From the human T2T-CHM13v2.0 reference genome, Homo sapiens: DNA of 64,000 bases. The position numbers and the translations under genes were made by a program. The stretch lies in NCBI RefSeq assembly GCF_009914755.1, contig NC_060935.1; one strand, 5' to 3'. This document shows, in pieces, positions 1 through 13,889 of this stretch. Below the pieces are notes generated by a model that searched no databases, had not been told where the DNA came from, and worked only from the letters and a program-made list of their open reading frames with translations. How positions within the stretch are numbered: the first letter of the stretch is position 1; the number at the start of each line of letters is the position of its first letter.

Positions 1-187
1 GAATTACTCTGGGTATTCCAACCATCCCTCAACAGCTGACATATTAGTTAGTTATTACAGTCAGGGGTTCCTGACCTCACCCTCCTGGCCCTGTTCTTTG
101 GCCTGGGCCTGCTCCATTTGTCCATATATTTTCTGACTTGAGTATCTAAACCTGTGTTCCTAAATTGTTTAAAACTCGTCATGTTCC

Positions 188-404
188 TCTTATATGTATA
201 TATAAATATATGTAATATATAAATATGTAAACATATATTTAAATATATGTAATATATAAATATATAAGCATATATTTATATATAAAAATGTTTATATAAA
301 ATATATCATATATCATATATAAATATATATCATATATAAATACATCATATAGAAAATATATAAATATATGATATATATGATATGTACATATATATATATA
401 TATA
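188..404. repeat. TA-rich low-complexity tract
   Basis: Degenerate (TA)n abutting the poly-T of an Alu fragment. Confidence 0.9.
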
Positions 405-478
405 TTTTTTTTGAGACGGAGTCTCGCTGTCGCCCAGGCTGGAGTGCAGTGGCGCGATCTCGGCTCACTGAAGTCTCC
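405..478 (-). mobile_element. Short 5'-truncated Alu (3' end only)
   Basis: ttttttgagacggagtctcgctgtcgcccaggctggagtgcagtggcgcgatctcggctcactg; CpGs intact, suggesting a young copy. Confidence 0.85.
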
Positions 479-834
479 GTATATTACATATTTTTTAAAC
501 TCACACTAATCATGATGTTTAAAATGTAAGTCATTTGTTCTTTACCAAGTAATTTCCAAAGAAAATTTTGTTTTGATCTTGAAAAGGCCACTGTTTTTGG
601 TTTGGTATTGTTTTTGCGGTATTCTCAGGGTGACCATTAATTCTCCTTGCAAGTGGAGAATAGCACAATGGGTTACTTTCAACATCAGCTTCTTCTCTGC
701 TTTGTAATTCGTGACATCCTTCCTCCTAGATTCTGCTAACCAGCCCCAGCTCCTGGGAAGGATCATGGCTCTACAGGAAAAACTTGAGGGTGGAAGCCAG
801 AAGGCTTATGTCCAGGGCTCCAGCTGAAATGTAT

Positions 835-1275
835 TTCTCTAAGTCAGGCACAGAAAGATAAATACCACATGCTCTCACTCATATGGGGGAGCTAAAAAAA
901 AAAAAAAAAAGTTGAGCTCACAGAAGTAGAGAGTGAAACTGTGGTTATTAGAGGCTGGGAAAGATAAGGGGGAGGGGAGCCAGGGAGAGGCTGATTAACA
1001 GATCCAAAGTTACTGCTAGATAGGAGGAAAGAGTTCTAGTGCGCTAAAGCTCTGTAAGGTGAATATATTTAACAGCAATTTATTGTATGTTTTATAGAAG
1101 CTAGAAGAGAGGATTCTGAATGTTCCCAACACAAAGAAATGATAAATGTTTGAGGTGATGGATATGCTAATTACCCTGATTTGATCATTACACATTGTTA
1201 CAGGTATCACAATGTCACTCTGTATCCCATAAACATATATAATTGTATGGCAACTAAAAAGAAAAACGAAACAAT
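835..1275 (+). mobile_element. L1 (L1MA-type) 3' UTR fragment
   Basis: caaagaaatgataaatgtttgaggtgatggatatgctaattaccctgatttgatcattacacattgt is a typical L1MA 3' end; A-rich tail. Confidence 0.85.
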
Positions 1276-1539
1276 AAATAAACAGATAGAAGCATGGAGC
1301 CTGGAGTTCAGGCTGTGGACTGGCCCGCCTTGCCACCCTGTGGATTCAGGCTGAGGTGTAGACAACCAAACTCCTCTGGGTGTTTCAGATATGTTGCTGA
1401 CAAATCTCATCCCCCATCCTGTCTCAATGCCTTCTGATTCTAGAAACAGTAGTTCCCACATATTCCTATTCAGTTTCATCTCATGTCCTACCCATAACTC
1501 CAGTCTATTGAAATAGCTTTGTATCATGTTTATTTCATA

Positions 1540-1752
1540 GCAAGGGGTTACGAGTATAGGTTCTGGAGCCAGATGGCCTGAGGTTGAATCTTAGTTCTGC
1601 AACTGGTTATCTCAGTTTCCTCATCTGTAAGATGAGAATAACAATGTGAAGTACCTCATTGGGCTGCTACAAAAATTAAATGCCAACACGTGATGTGTTT
1701 AAGAAAAGTGCCAAGCATGTGGTAAGTGCTGTAGTATGTTAGCTGTTAGCTA
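1540..1752 (+). mobile_element. MIR SINE
   Basis: ctggagccagatggcctgaggttgaatc...ctcagtttcctcatctgtaagatg core. Confidence 0.8.
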
Positions 1753-1769
1753 TTTTTTAAAAAGTATTA

Positions 1770-2480
1770 CTACTATACTGGTATTTATTACCCCTTGTAG
1801 CTTTAGGTCATTCACAGATTTTATTAGTATATCCTCTATATCTGCACCAAAGTCACCGATAACACATTTTGGAAAAAATAGGGGATCCCCATATTTCCAG
1901 ATATGTTCCTCCAGTTTTGATCTCGGTCCATTAGGCATTCATTCCCTTGACCTGTTCCAAATACTCCTTATTGGATACCATCCAGGTTACAAATATCCAG
2001 CTTGTGTACAAGGATTGCCATGAGAGATTACAACAAATGCCGTGCTAAAATCCTCCTCCTATATCCAGAACATTATTTTAACCTTCCAGTATTTTACAAA
2101 AAAAGAGAGGTTTGCTCATCTGGCATGACTAGTTTACAGTGAACCCACCCTGATTTCTGGTGATTGCCCCTTACTTCCCTTTGTGTTCAAAATGACCCAT
2201 TCCGCGGCTGTTTTAGAAGCCTGCCCGGGGTTGGCATTGAGTTCATCTGTGGATTGACTGCAGCAGTCCCCTGTTTTTCCCCCTTGAAAAGTAAAATGAC
2301 ATTTGCCTTTCTCCCCACTTAGAGCCCTCTCTCCAGTTCTGTGCAGTTCCCCAGAGAGATCGCTGGTGATTTAGCAACCTCATCTGCAGCGTCTCCTCCC
2401 AACACCCTGGGAGGGAGGGAATGATGGGGCCAGAAGACACACCTATGTGGCTCAACCACGTCATCTCCTCCCACCTCTGT
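1770..2480 (-). mobile_element. Ancient CR1/L3 LINE reverse-transcriptase remnant
   Basis: Colinear degenerate CR1 ORF2 motifs on the - strand: GP..PRVL..ADEVAK, ANVILLFKG, NQGGFT..SCQ, and IGDFGADIEDILIKSVNDLKLQGV (compare INDLD.GIE.TLIKFADDTKLGGV). Confidence 0.75.
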
Positions 2481-4385
2481 ACCATCTTGGGCTCAGGGCA
2501 TTTGCCCAGGTTTTTATTACCTTTCCTAGACTAACTACCCTGCTCGCAGACAGAGAGGAAGGGAGCAAAAGAGAGCTTGGCTACGGCTGGTCCTTTATCT
2601 CCAATTAACATTACACTAGCTGCACTTAGAAGCAACCCTGCACTCTCTTCTTCTGGCTACAAAAGCAACTTTAAAAGCTTTGTTTAAAGGCCATCACAAC
2701 ATTTTTCCCCCTCCTGTCTCACCTCATCTGGAGTTTAGCCTTTCTGACCCTGGCCTTATAGAGAGCAATAAGCTGACCCCAAAGGCCTTCCAGTGTGTTG
2801 AGAATGTCAATCACTCAGGGGCAGCATGCACTTCGCTGAGGCCATAGGAGAAGTCACTGGGTCCCCTGGTCTGATTGGGTCCTCGTCCATAGGCAGCACC
2901 GCCAGGCACCACATGAGACAAGGGATGGAATTATGGACTGGAGCGGGAAAGAAGAATGAGGAAGACCCGCCAGGAAGAGGGGGCTGGGCTGTGGAAGGTG
3001 AGGGTGGGAGGTAGGAGGCACCCTGCCTGGAGCTAGCACACCAGTCTCCTGTGGTCTGTCCACTGGGATGTACAGAAGCTCCCAGATCCCCAGCCCTCTT
3101 GCTACTCTTTATTCATTAAAATGCTCAGATGTCGGCTAACTTTATTTGCTCAGTATTTATTTCACCAGCCTTGAAGCGGGAACAACAGGCAGCTTGATTG
3201 AAAGGTTGTCTGGTTGCATTGTGGCTCCTGTAAGTAATTCTACAGCCTCAGTGGAAATGGTATTTTATAACTTGCCAGAGCAGATAACCCTTAGTGAATT
3301 GGAATAGATATTCCTGCATCACCTAAGCTGTCTTCTCCTGAATGCCAGGCCTCTGAGAATCATTGCCCTTCTCCACACCCCCTTGACACTCTCTGCACTT
3401 GAGCCCTGCTCAGGAAACAAGGAGCCTGGAATATGTCAACCATCATCCACTACTCCACAAGAGGCATGGGTGAAAGGCCTAGAAGTGCAGCAGGAGGACC
3501 CCAGGTTAGACCTGAACTCATTCCAAGGGGCAAGACACTGGAAGGAAATGGGAGGGCAGAGGGAATGCATAAATTCTCTGGACACCCCCAAAGGCTAGAC
3601 TGGCGGAGGTGGGCCCAGTACTAACTGGAAAAAGGAAATGGCTAAGATGCTTTCTGGAAAGCACTAAAAATAGGAGGGATTTGCTTCCCCAAGCACTTCC
3701 CTTGCCTCCCCACCAATCCTGACTGCCTCTGAGAAACTCAATCAGCAGAGCCCCTTCCCCAGGCATAGCTGGGCCGGTCTCCGTGGACAGGAGGCAAGTT
3801 GGATCTGGGCCCTCCACACCACTGTCTTCCCTGTCTGCTGCCCTTAGAGGGCAGAGGCTTGCCAGGCAGTACAGGCCTCTGTGCCTTGGGACTCCCAGAA
3901 GCTCAGAGTGCACGACTTATGTTCACCTGCCGTCCATCCCTTATCCAGAGTGACTCCGTCCACAGGAGGTTTCAGAAGGCTGGTGCAGGGCAGAGGGAGC
4001 TTCAACTTCTGCCCTCCGACCCTCCTGCCCAGACTCTGATTGAGGCTCTGATCACAGCTCTGCAATCCCCCTCTCCTTACTATTATGACTAAATCAAGTT
4101 GGGTGATTTATTTCCCACTTATCTTTCCCATTTCCGCTCCCTGTCCGATCCGCACTGTTGAGCACACCAGAGTGAAAACATATCATCCGTTCCGATCAGC
4201 TGCTGCTCAGCCCAAAAGTACACCCCTCTTGCTGCCTTACTGGCAGAGAGGTCTGCAGGAGGAGGGAGGCCCTCCCAGGGCCTAGACACAGGGCTGGCCC
4301 CTGAACCCCATCTTCCAGGGGTTGGGGGAATTGTCCGGAGGCTTTGGGAGCCCCTGCAGAGGAAACAGGCCATGGTTATGCTACA

Positions 4386-4436
4386 CAAAACAAAACAAAA
4401 CAAAACAAAACAAAACAAAACAAAACAAAACAAAAA
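4386..4436 (+). repeat. (CAAAA)n microsatellite, 10 copies
   Basis: Direct reading. Confidence 0.97.
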
Positions 4437-4820
4437 GGTAGGGAGGCAGCAGGCAGCAGGTCCCAGCAGAGGCAGCCACATTCCCCACCTGTTCCAGTTG
4501 AGCCCCTGCAGCCTCTCCAGCTGGGCCCTACCCACAGGTCCCATGCACTCCCCACCATATTGAGTGACAGAAGAAGTTCACCAGTGCCTGACATCCTCAG
4601 CCCAGGTCAGGCAGCCAGGCTGGCCATCCTCCCTGATGGATCATCCCCAGAGGGCACCGCAGCCATAGGACACCACCCACGAGAAGCAGGACGAAGTGGG
4701 AATCAAGAGTACTAGTTCTGGGCCTGAAATGCTTGGGCAGATTGCTCAGCTTCTTTGAGCCTCAGTTTCCTCATCTAGAAAAAGGGTAATAATCTCTACT
4801 TTGTAAAGATTGAATGAGGT

Positions 4821-4844
4821 TGTGTGTGTATCTCTGTGTGTGTG

Positions 4845-4875
<31 letters not shown>

Positions 4876-4879
4876 ATGT
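4821..4879 (+). repeat. (TG)n microsatellite
   Basis: Direct reading; interrupted. Confidence 0.95.
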
Positions 4880-5574
4880 GACTGGATGCTTTAGGAAGTG
4901 GCATTTAAACCATTAAGCCAGATATTCTGTGTGGGGGAAGGGAGAGGAGGGACATCACCTTGGGGCAATTTGTTGTTGTTAGTATAGGAAAAAATCCCTT
5001 AGGTAACATTTATATTTATTTCATAGTATACTTTAATGTTTATATAAATATAAGGTCAGTGGGTAACTCCTGACCTAAGCAAAGGGCCCTTCAGGATGCT
5101 GTCTCTGTTTGGAAAGGCTGCCCTACCCCAGGTGTATGTGACCATGAGGGAGGTAGAGCCATGCATTTGAGAAACTCAAGAGGCTTCCGGAAGGAAGAAG
5201 ACCAAGCAAGACCTCCACTCTTTCTTCGCAAGATCTAGTGTTAAAGCCATCTGCTGAGTAAGCCAGGGTGGCACTGCAGCAGATTTGAGGGTGGGAAAGG
5301 ACCCCATGATCCCCAAAGAGGGGCTCAGAGTGAGAGCTGGTGACCTGCTAAACCCCCAGCATGGAGAGGTGCTTTGGTAGTGATCGCGGGAGAATGAGCT
5401 TGGATTGTGATGTGGAGGTCTCTGGGAACTGCAGGGGAGCATAAGCAGCTCTATAGGGACAGGAGACTTTAGGGTAGCAGCCAAAGCAACAGCATGACAT
5501 ATTGTACCCCAGGCAGCACGTAGCCTACTGGGGCCATAGCATGCTACAAATGTTGGCTCCTATGAATAATGGTG

Positions 5575-5790
5575 ACAGCTGACACTCTTAAGTGTGTACT
5601 GTGTGCCAGATAGTACACTGTACTATCCACACCTTGTACATTCATTGACTGATTTAATTCTAGCAAAACTTTATTAAGTAGGTACTGTTCTTACCCCACA
5701 TTTATAAATGAAGGATGGAGGTAGGGAGAGGTTAAATAATTTACTCAAGGTCACCAGCTGATAAGTAGAGAAGCTGGGATTTGAATCCTG
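5575..5790 (-). mobile_element. MIR SINE
   Basis: gagaggttaaataatttactcaaggtcaccagctg...ctgggatttgaatcc (reverse MIR core). Confidence 0.8.
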
Positions 5791-6616
5791 GTTTGAGGTT
5801 GATGATAAAAGTTCTGCCTCTCTTCCAATAGGTCTAACCAACAAGACCATGTTAATTAGTCCAGTGAATCACTGTGGGATTAAGAGGATCCACAGATTAT
5901 AGACAAACCTCAGGAAAACAGTAGGTACTGCCCAGGGGCTGACAGTGACCCCAGAATCTTCTCTCTCTCCATCCGTCTTCAGCATCCACACTTTCCACCT
6001 TCCTAAGCAAAACTTTCTCTCCAGAAAGGATGGATTCACTCACTCACCCTAAGTTGGGTGTGACTGCTGAGTATAGCATATTACCTCTCTTGATGTATTG
6101 CTTTTTAACTTGGCACAAATTCTGAGGTCAAAGGAATGAAATTCCAATCGTAAAACACCAGAGCCCAGCAATGCAAGGGACTGTATCCAGGTGAATGTCG
6201 GCAGGGATCAGGAGTCCCCACATGAATGTCTTTGAGAAGCCGACATTTTAGCAGGGAAGACAAACAGTTAAATAACCAACCACAGGAGAATACAGCTAGT
6301 GTTACAAGAAGTTATAGGCCAAGAATGGGAGCACAGGCGAGGTGAAGGGGCTGTCAGTGCTCCTGGGTGAGGGAGCTACTGGGGAGCTGTTGAGTAGAGC
6401 TTACTACCCATGATGATATCTGAGCCAAGCGTAAAAGACAAGGGGCTCAGAAGTGATCATTCTAATTGTCATCAGCTCACAGTTCTTGGGGTAATATGGG
6501 AAAGATGGAGCCAAGGGAAGTAAGAAAGATTCTTATAGATGAATTTATAGAATGTTTTAGGAGGAGGGAGCAGTGATTTGCTGTCCCTAAGAAATCCTGA
6601 CATCAGAATGGTTGCT

Positions 6617-8310
6617 TAATACTAGCAAACTGAATCCAGAAGCATATAAAAAAGATTGTGTACTATGACCAAGTGGGATTTATCCCAGGAATGCAAAGCT
6701 GGTTTAACATCAGAAAATCCATTAATGTAATACAACACATCCATAGAATAAAGGACAAAACCCACATGATCATTCAATAGACACACAAAAAAGCATTTGA
6801 CAAAATTCAACTCTCCTTCATGACAAAAACACTCAACATAATTAGGAATAGAAGGAAACTTCCTTAATCTCATAAAGGGACTCTGTGATAAACCTCTAGC
6901 TAACATCATATGTAATGATGAAAGAGTGGATACATCCTCCCTAAAATCAGGAACAAAACGAGGATGTCCATCCTCACCACACCACTTCTGTCAACATTGT
7001 ACTGGAGGTTCTCACCGGGGCAATTAGGCAAGACAAAGAAATAAAAGGTATCCAGATTGAAAAGGAAGAAGTAAAACTATCTTTTCTCTATTTGTAGATG
7101 ATATAATCCTGTATATAAAAAACCTTAGGAATTCATTAATAATTATTATAACAAATAAGTGAGTTCAGCAAGGTTTCAGAATACAATATTGATACTCAAC
7201 AATCTATTGCATTTCTATATACTAGCAATGAACAATCCAAAAGTGAAATTAAGAAATAATTCTATTTACAATAGCATCCAAAAAGAATACATTACTTAGG
7301 AATAATTTTAAGAAAAATGTGTCCAAAGAATGCTCTGAAAACCATAAAACATTATTGAAAGTAATTAAAGAAGACATAAATAAATGGAAGGATATCCCAT
7401 GTTCATAGGCAAAAAGTCTTAATACTGTAAGATGGCAGTACTCCCCAAATTGGCCTACACAGTCCCTAGCAGAATTCCAGCTGGTTTCCATAAGCTGATC
7501 TTTAAAAAAGTGTATAAAGAATTGCAATGGGCTCAGAATAGCCAAAACAATCTTGAAAAAGAAGAAAAAACTGGAGGATTTACATTTCCCAATTTTAAAA
7601 CTCACTACAAAGCTACGGTAATCAAGATAGTGTGGTACTGGTGTAAGAACAGACATTTAGATTAATGGAATAGAAATGAGAGTCCATAAACCCTCACAAA
7701 TAGGGTCAACTGATTTTTGACAATGGTGCCAAGACCACTCAGGAGAGGGGAAAGGACAATGTTTTCAACAAGTGGTGCTATAGCAACTGGATATCCACAT
7801 GCAAAAGAACGGAGCTGGACCCACTACCTCATACCATGTACAAAAATTAACTCAATATGTATCAAAGACTTAAATGTAAAAGCTAAAAATATAAAACTGT
7901 TAGAAGAAAACATAGGGATAAATCTTCATGCCCTCAGATTAGATAATGGTTTCTTTAGATATGATACCAAAGCACAAGCAACAAAAGAAAAAAAATGGGT
8001 ACATTGGATTCCATCATAATAAAATGTTTTGCACTTCGAGAAAGTGCAAAAGACACCATCAAGAAAGTGAAAAGACTATAGAAGAAAATATTTGTAGAGC
8101 ATATATCTGATAAAGGACTTGTGTGTAGAATACATAAAGAATTCCTACAACTCAATAATAAAAGGACAACTCAATTTTAAAATGAAAATTATGTCTTTAT
8201 ATCTAAGAAAATATATGAATGGCCAATAAACACCTGAAAAGATGCTCAACAACATTAGCTACAGGAAAATACAATTAAAGCCATGAGATACCACTTCACA
8301 CCCCTTGGGT
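6617..8310 (+). mobile_element. Old L1 (L1M) ORF2 fragment, disrupted
   Basis: gaccaagtgggatttatcccaggaatgcaa, aaagcatttgacaaaattcaa, tttgtagatgatata (FADD-like); ORF track gives FKTHYKATVIKIVWYWCKNRHLD. Multiple frameshifts. Confidence 0.93.
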
Positions 8311-8316
8311 GGCTGT

Positions 8317-9110
<794 letters not shown>

Positions 9111-9114
9111 CAGC

Positions 9115-9762
9115 AGCAATCAGAAGGAAAGATACCAACAGGATTTGGAGAGGATGTGACGAAACTGGGACCCTTATACCCTGCTGGTGGGAATGTAAAG
9201 TGTGCAGCCACTTTGGAAAACAGTCTGCTAGTTCCTTAAGAGGTTAAACAGCATTCCCATATGATCCAGCAATTCCCCTCGCAGGTATCTACCAAGAGAA
9301 ATTAAAACATACACCCGCACCAACATTTGTAAACAAATGTTCACAGCAGCATTTTTCATTATAGCCCAAAAGTGGAAATACACCTCATATCCATCAATGG
9401 GCGAATTGATAAATCAAATGTGGATTCATCCTGCAACACAGATGAACCTCAAAAACATTCTTCTAAGTGAAAAAAGCCGGACACAAAAGGCCACATATTG
9501 TATGATTCAATTTATGTGAATTCCAGAATAGGTAAAACTATACAGACACAGATTAGTGTTTGCCTCGGTCAGGGAAAGGGATGGGGGAAATGACTGTTAA
9601 TGGTTGTGGGGTTTCCTTTAAGGGTGATGAGGATGTTGTAAAATTGATTGTGGTGATGGCTATACAGCTCTGTGAATATACTAAAAACAATTCAATCATA
9701 CACATTAAATGGGTATATTGTATGGTATGTGAATCTCAATAAAGCTGCTACTAAAAAAAAAA
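9115..9762 (+). mobile_element. L1M 3' end (continuation of the 6617-8310 element)
   Basis: ctgctggtgggaatgtaaa..gcagccactttggaaaacag, atatgatccagcaattcc, aataaagctg plus A tail. Confidence 0.88.
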
Positions 9763-10289
9763 TTGCCTGCCCTATTGTGCCCAGAGAAGGTGGTCAATCA
9801 CAGATTAACAGGGGCGCCTCAGCTCTGTCTTAGCAAGCCAAGTGCAATAGAAAGAACCGCAGCCCTCTGGTTCACCTGAGAAGTTATGACGCCAGAACAG
9901 GGGAGATACTGCTTTCCCACACCCCAAGGTCCTCAACATGGGTGTTGGAAAGCCATCCACAAAGACTCCTGCCCACCTCTCTGGCCTTGTATGTCACTGT
10001 TCCAGCCTCACAGTGCATAAGCTATAATTCTGAACCACTGAAGTCATCCTCACATGCAGCTGCCACCTGCCAGCCATAGATCACACTGCCTCTTTTCCCT
10101 GTAAACTCCCTTGGCCCAACTCCTACACATCTTTTAAGACCCCTGTGGCTTCCCCAGGTGGCCCCCTGGATCCCCCCAGAAGCTGGGCAATCTGCCCTCC
10201 TCCATACTTCCTCGGGGTCACATAGCACATAGATCCTTACAGGTAGCTCTTCCCTGTCGTTTAATACCACAATACATGTAGCTGTTACA

Positions 10290-10410
10290 TGTCTCTTTCA
10301 CCATAGCTTTTAAGTTCCTTTAGAGCAGAAAACACCTCTTATTTGTCTTTGCAGTTTCACTATCTAGCATTGTCTGGCACATAGCAGGTGCTCAATAAAT
10401 GTGGATGAAA
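10290..10410 (+). mobile_element. L2 3' end fragment
   Basis: tctggcacatagcaggtgctcaataaatgt. Confidence 0.65.
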
Positions 10411-11368
10411 TGGCACAACAGGCTATTTTTTCCAGGCTGAACCTGGGCAGACACAGCTGGGACCCACAGTAAAGAGAAAGAAAAAGCAGCAGGTGTCTCA
10501 GCATGGGTGTCTCAGCATGGTCCACGCAAGATCAGGCTGGACAGAGGGCCGGGGTGATGTCATCTTCCTCTTCCTTCTCCTCCCTCTCCATAGCTACCTT
10601 CCAGGCTCAAGGGCCCTACTGTCCTCCAGGAGTCACATAGCCCTTACTGTCCTCCAGGAGTCAAAGGCACTGCCCCTCCCAGGGACATTTGCATGTAAAC
10701 AGCAGACTCCTGAAGACTGCAGAGCTTTGGGAAGAACAGGTGAATGCTGATGAGCCTCCATGGTGCACAGGTGCTGTGCTGGAAGCTTTTGCATATATTC
10801 CATTCTTGATTCCTCATGATAAACAAGTATTATTATTTTCCAGTTTATTTTCCAAAATAAGACACAGGCACAAAGAGACCAAGAAATGGGCCCAGGATTG
10901 CACCAACAGTGATGTGGCAGCAGAGGCACCCAGACCTAGGTCTTCCTGGTTCTAAGGACCCTGCTCACCTATTTCACACACCGAGTCTTCTTTCTTGTTC
11001 TGCTACTAACAAGCTTTGTAACCTGAGGGTAAGATTACTTCTTGGGGGCCTGGCTGCCTCTATTATAAAAAGACGAGTTCCAAGGCCCTATCTGGCTCTC
11101 ACACTGTATCTGGATGAAGGCTGGAATTGTAGACATGGTGAGAGGTCCGACCGGGGAACCTCTTAGGACTTAGACCACACACATGCAGGCCAGCTCTGGG
11201 CCCACCTCAAACCCAGCCTCCGGACAGAAGGACCAGGCTGCTGTCACTTCTGAAAGGTCTGCAGAGGGATAGCTGGGCCTGCTCTTACCTCTCTCCTTCC
11301 GGAAAGAGCACAGTGACGACTGCCCAGCTTCCTTGGGAGCCAAGCATGAAATATGGGAAAAGCCAGGA

Positions 11369-11401
11369 ATTATTATTATTATCATTATTATTATTATTAT
11401 T
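11369..11401 (+). repeat. (ATT)n microsatellite
   Basis: Direct reading. Confidence 0.9.
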
Positions 11402-12246
11402 GCATGTAAATTATGCATGACTAACTCGGGAGGAGGGCCACACTTTCTTTTTCCAGATCCTACGAACGTCGGTATGATAATAACAAAAAAAAATTATATG
11501 CTTGAAAACATGCACCCAGCACTGCCCTATGTTTTCTTCTAATTGTTTCCAGAGCCTCCAAGAGCCACATTTAAATAAAATGAAGCAATTATTTAGTCTG
11601 CAATTAAAGACTGCAGTGATTTATTTTTAAATAGGAATATCATCAGGGGTGAACTGGCAGGAGAGGAGGACAGAGAGGGCCCAGAGCTCGGGGCAGAGGC
11701 AGGGAGGAGCATCAGGAGGACATGCAGGGGGAAGGGGCCAGAAAGGGTTGGTGGCCCTGCACATCCCGGAAGACCAGAGCAGCCATCCCTGATCTGCTCT
11801 GTTTTGTGAACCTCCTGTTGCTCTCCCCATTTAGGCCCTGTGCAGTGCTTAGCACGTAGTAGCCTCCCTACAAATCCAGAATGAATGCTAAGGAAGCATG
11901 GTCTGGTAGCGCACTGCCTCCCGAAGAATCCCTGGTGCAGAGTGGGGCTCAGTGAGTGGGGGTGAATGATGTGCCTCTATCTGCATGGATTTTTGGCCCT
12001 GTGAACAGCTGCTTTGTCCCTACACACTTGGAAGTGGTAGACTCAAGGTGGTGGCAGGCCAGTCTGCTGACTACGAAAGGATTACAGATGAAACCTCCCT
12101 GTGGCTATTGCCCAAAGCCACAGTCACACCCTCCTGCAAGAGAGTGCAGTCAGGCCTGCGGTCCCTCGACACGGCAAGGAAGGAAGCATTAGTTGGGGTG
12201 GGGAAATATTTGAGGGTATTGGAAGAGAGCCCTTCTAGACCTCAGG

Positions 12247-12748
12247 TCTCAGGGACCAACTGCATGCATATATGTGCACATCTTGTCTTTTGGGGGACCA
12301 TCTGGATAAGTCATCTTCCTCTGGGCCTCGAATCTCAGGAACCGATCGCATGCATGTAAAACATGCATCTTGTCTTTTGGGGGACTGTCTGGAGAAGTCA
12401 TCTTCCTCTGGGCCTCAAATCTCAGGGACCAATTGCATGCATGTAAGCATGCATCTTGTCTTCTGGGGTACCGTCTGGAGAATTCATCTCCCTCTGGGCC
12501 TCCAATCTCAGGGACCAATTGCATGCATGAAAGCAGGCATATTGTCTTTTGGGGGACCATCTGGATAAGTCATCTTCCTCTGGGCCTCAAATCTCAGGGA
12601 CCAATTGCATGCATGTAAGCATGCATCTTGTCTTTTGGGGGAGCATCTGGATAAGTCATCCTCCTCTGGGCCTCGAATCTCAGGGACCAATTGCATGCAT
12701 GTAAGCATGCATCTTGTCTTTTGGGGGACTGTCCGGGGAAGTCACCTC
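12247..12748. repeat. 86-bp minisatellite, about 5.8 copies
   Basis: Unit starts at 12247, 12333, 12420, 12506, 12592 and 12678; consensus tctcagggaccaattgcatgcatgtaagcatgcatcttgtcttttgggggaccatctggataagtcatcttcctctgggcctcaaa. Confidence 0.97.
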
Positions 12749-13229
12749 TTTGGTCACTCCTCTTTTCTCACCTCTCCAAGTTACTGCCCAGTGACCTCAC
12801 TGCTGGGACACTTCCAAAGGCATGGCCTTTCACCCTGATTTACCTGGCCCTAGGGAGATCTTTCTCTAGGAAGCAAGAGCACTTACGGGGTGGGGGAACC
12901 CAGTGATGGAAAAAGTGGGGAGAGATGGGTCCAATAGAGCCATCTTCAGTCTCCGGAAAACCTTGTTGGGAGACTAGAAAATCCCTGCTGGCCCCTCGGG
13001 TCCCCACATTCTCAACTTCCCCAACACTGGCTTCCCCATTCCTAGAAAGCACCAACTCTCAGTAGACTTGGGCCACCTCGGGCTCTCCCCCAGCTCTGCT
13101 GGGTCAGTGCCTGCTCTTATTTTAAACCTTGAATTGTTACCTCCTCTGAAAACCCTTCTCAGAGCCCCATCCCTGCACCCCCATTCTCTCCTGATCTCTT
13201 CCGTAGCTTTTGTGATTGCTTGGTGATTG

Positions 13230-13370
13230 CTTGGCATCTGTTTCCTGTTCTCTTTTGTAAGCTCCAGAGGGGGCAGGGACTATGCCTGTTTTGTTCCCCA
13301 GCCATATCTGCAGGGCCTGGTGCATAGCTGGTGCTTCATAAGTATTTGCAGAGTACATGATGAGTGGGAG
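13230..13370 (+). mobile_element. L2 3' end fragment
   Basis: tgtaagctccagagggggcagggactatgcctgttttgttc...cctggtgcatagctggtgcttcataagtatttg. Confidence 0.7.
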
Positions 13371-13889
13371 GAAAGACGAGACAGGTGAGAAAGGTGGTTT
13401 AGGAGGACTGAGGCTGGGGCTGGGATTCAGAGGATAAGGACAGACATGCATCACAGCAAAAGAGTGGGCCCAGGGAAAGCCAGGGGCGGAGCTGCTGCTG
13501 TTTGCCTCTGGCTGCTGGTTGGGCCTGTGGGTGGCTGAAGTCATCTTTCCTGCAAGAAAGCTTGGGACTTGGGGAGGGGGGCGTTTAATGGGGATTCAGG
13601 TCAGGCTGTGGAGAGTCCCTCACAGCCCTTGCTTACTCCACACAGCCAGCCTTCCCTCGGGGGACCAGACCACATCTTTGGCCTTGCAGGGTGGAAAGGG
13701 CAGATGGACTGTCTTACCCCGTAGCATCCCCCTTCCCAAAAGCTCACAGCTGGCCCCAAGTCCCCACTGGAAGGTCAGATGGGCTTTCATTAGGTGGAGG
13801 AAGGAAAGAAGACAGGAAGAATTTGAAGCCCAGGAACGCCAAAGAGTGTGTCTACGGCCACAGAGAATCCTGGCAGCAGAGCCATGGGG

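Noticed and set aside
3840-4660. CTCF-like motifs (CCCTTAGAGGGCAG, TCCCCAGAGGGCAC)
   Set aside because: Partial matches at a frequency expected by chance; cannot be supported without a PWM scan or ChIP.
10494-10663. Short tandem duplications (14 bp and ~28 bp)
   Set aside because: Ordinary slippage products with no further pattern.
12247-12748. CRISPR-like array, or repeated Cys/His peptide ORFs
   Set aside because: Whole units repeat with no unique spacers, there are no cas genes, and the DNA is primate. The 86-bp period breaks the reading frame.
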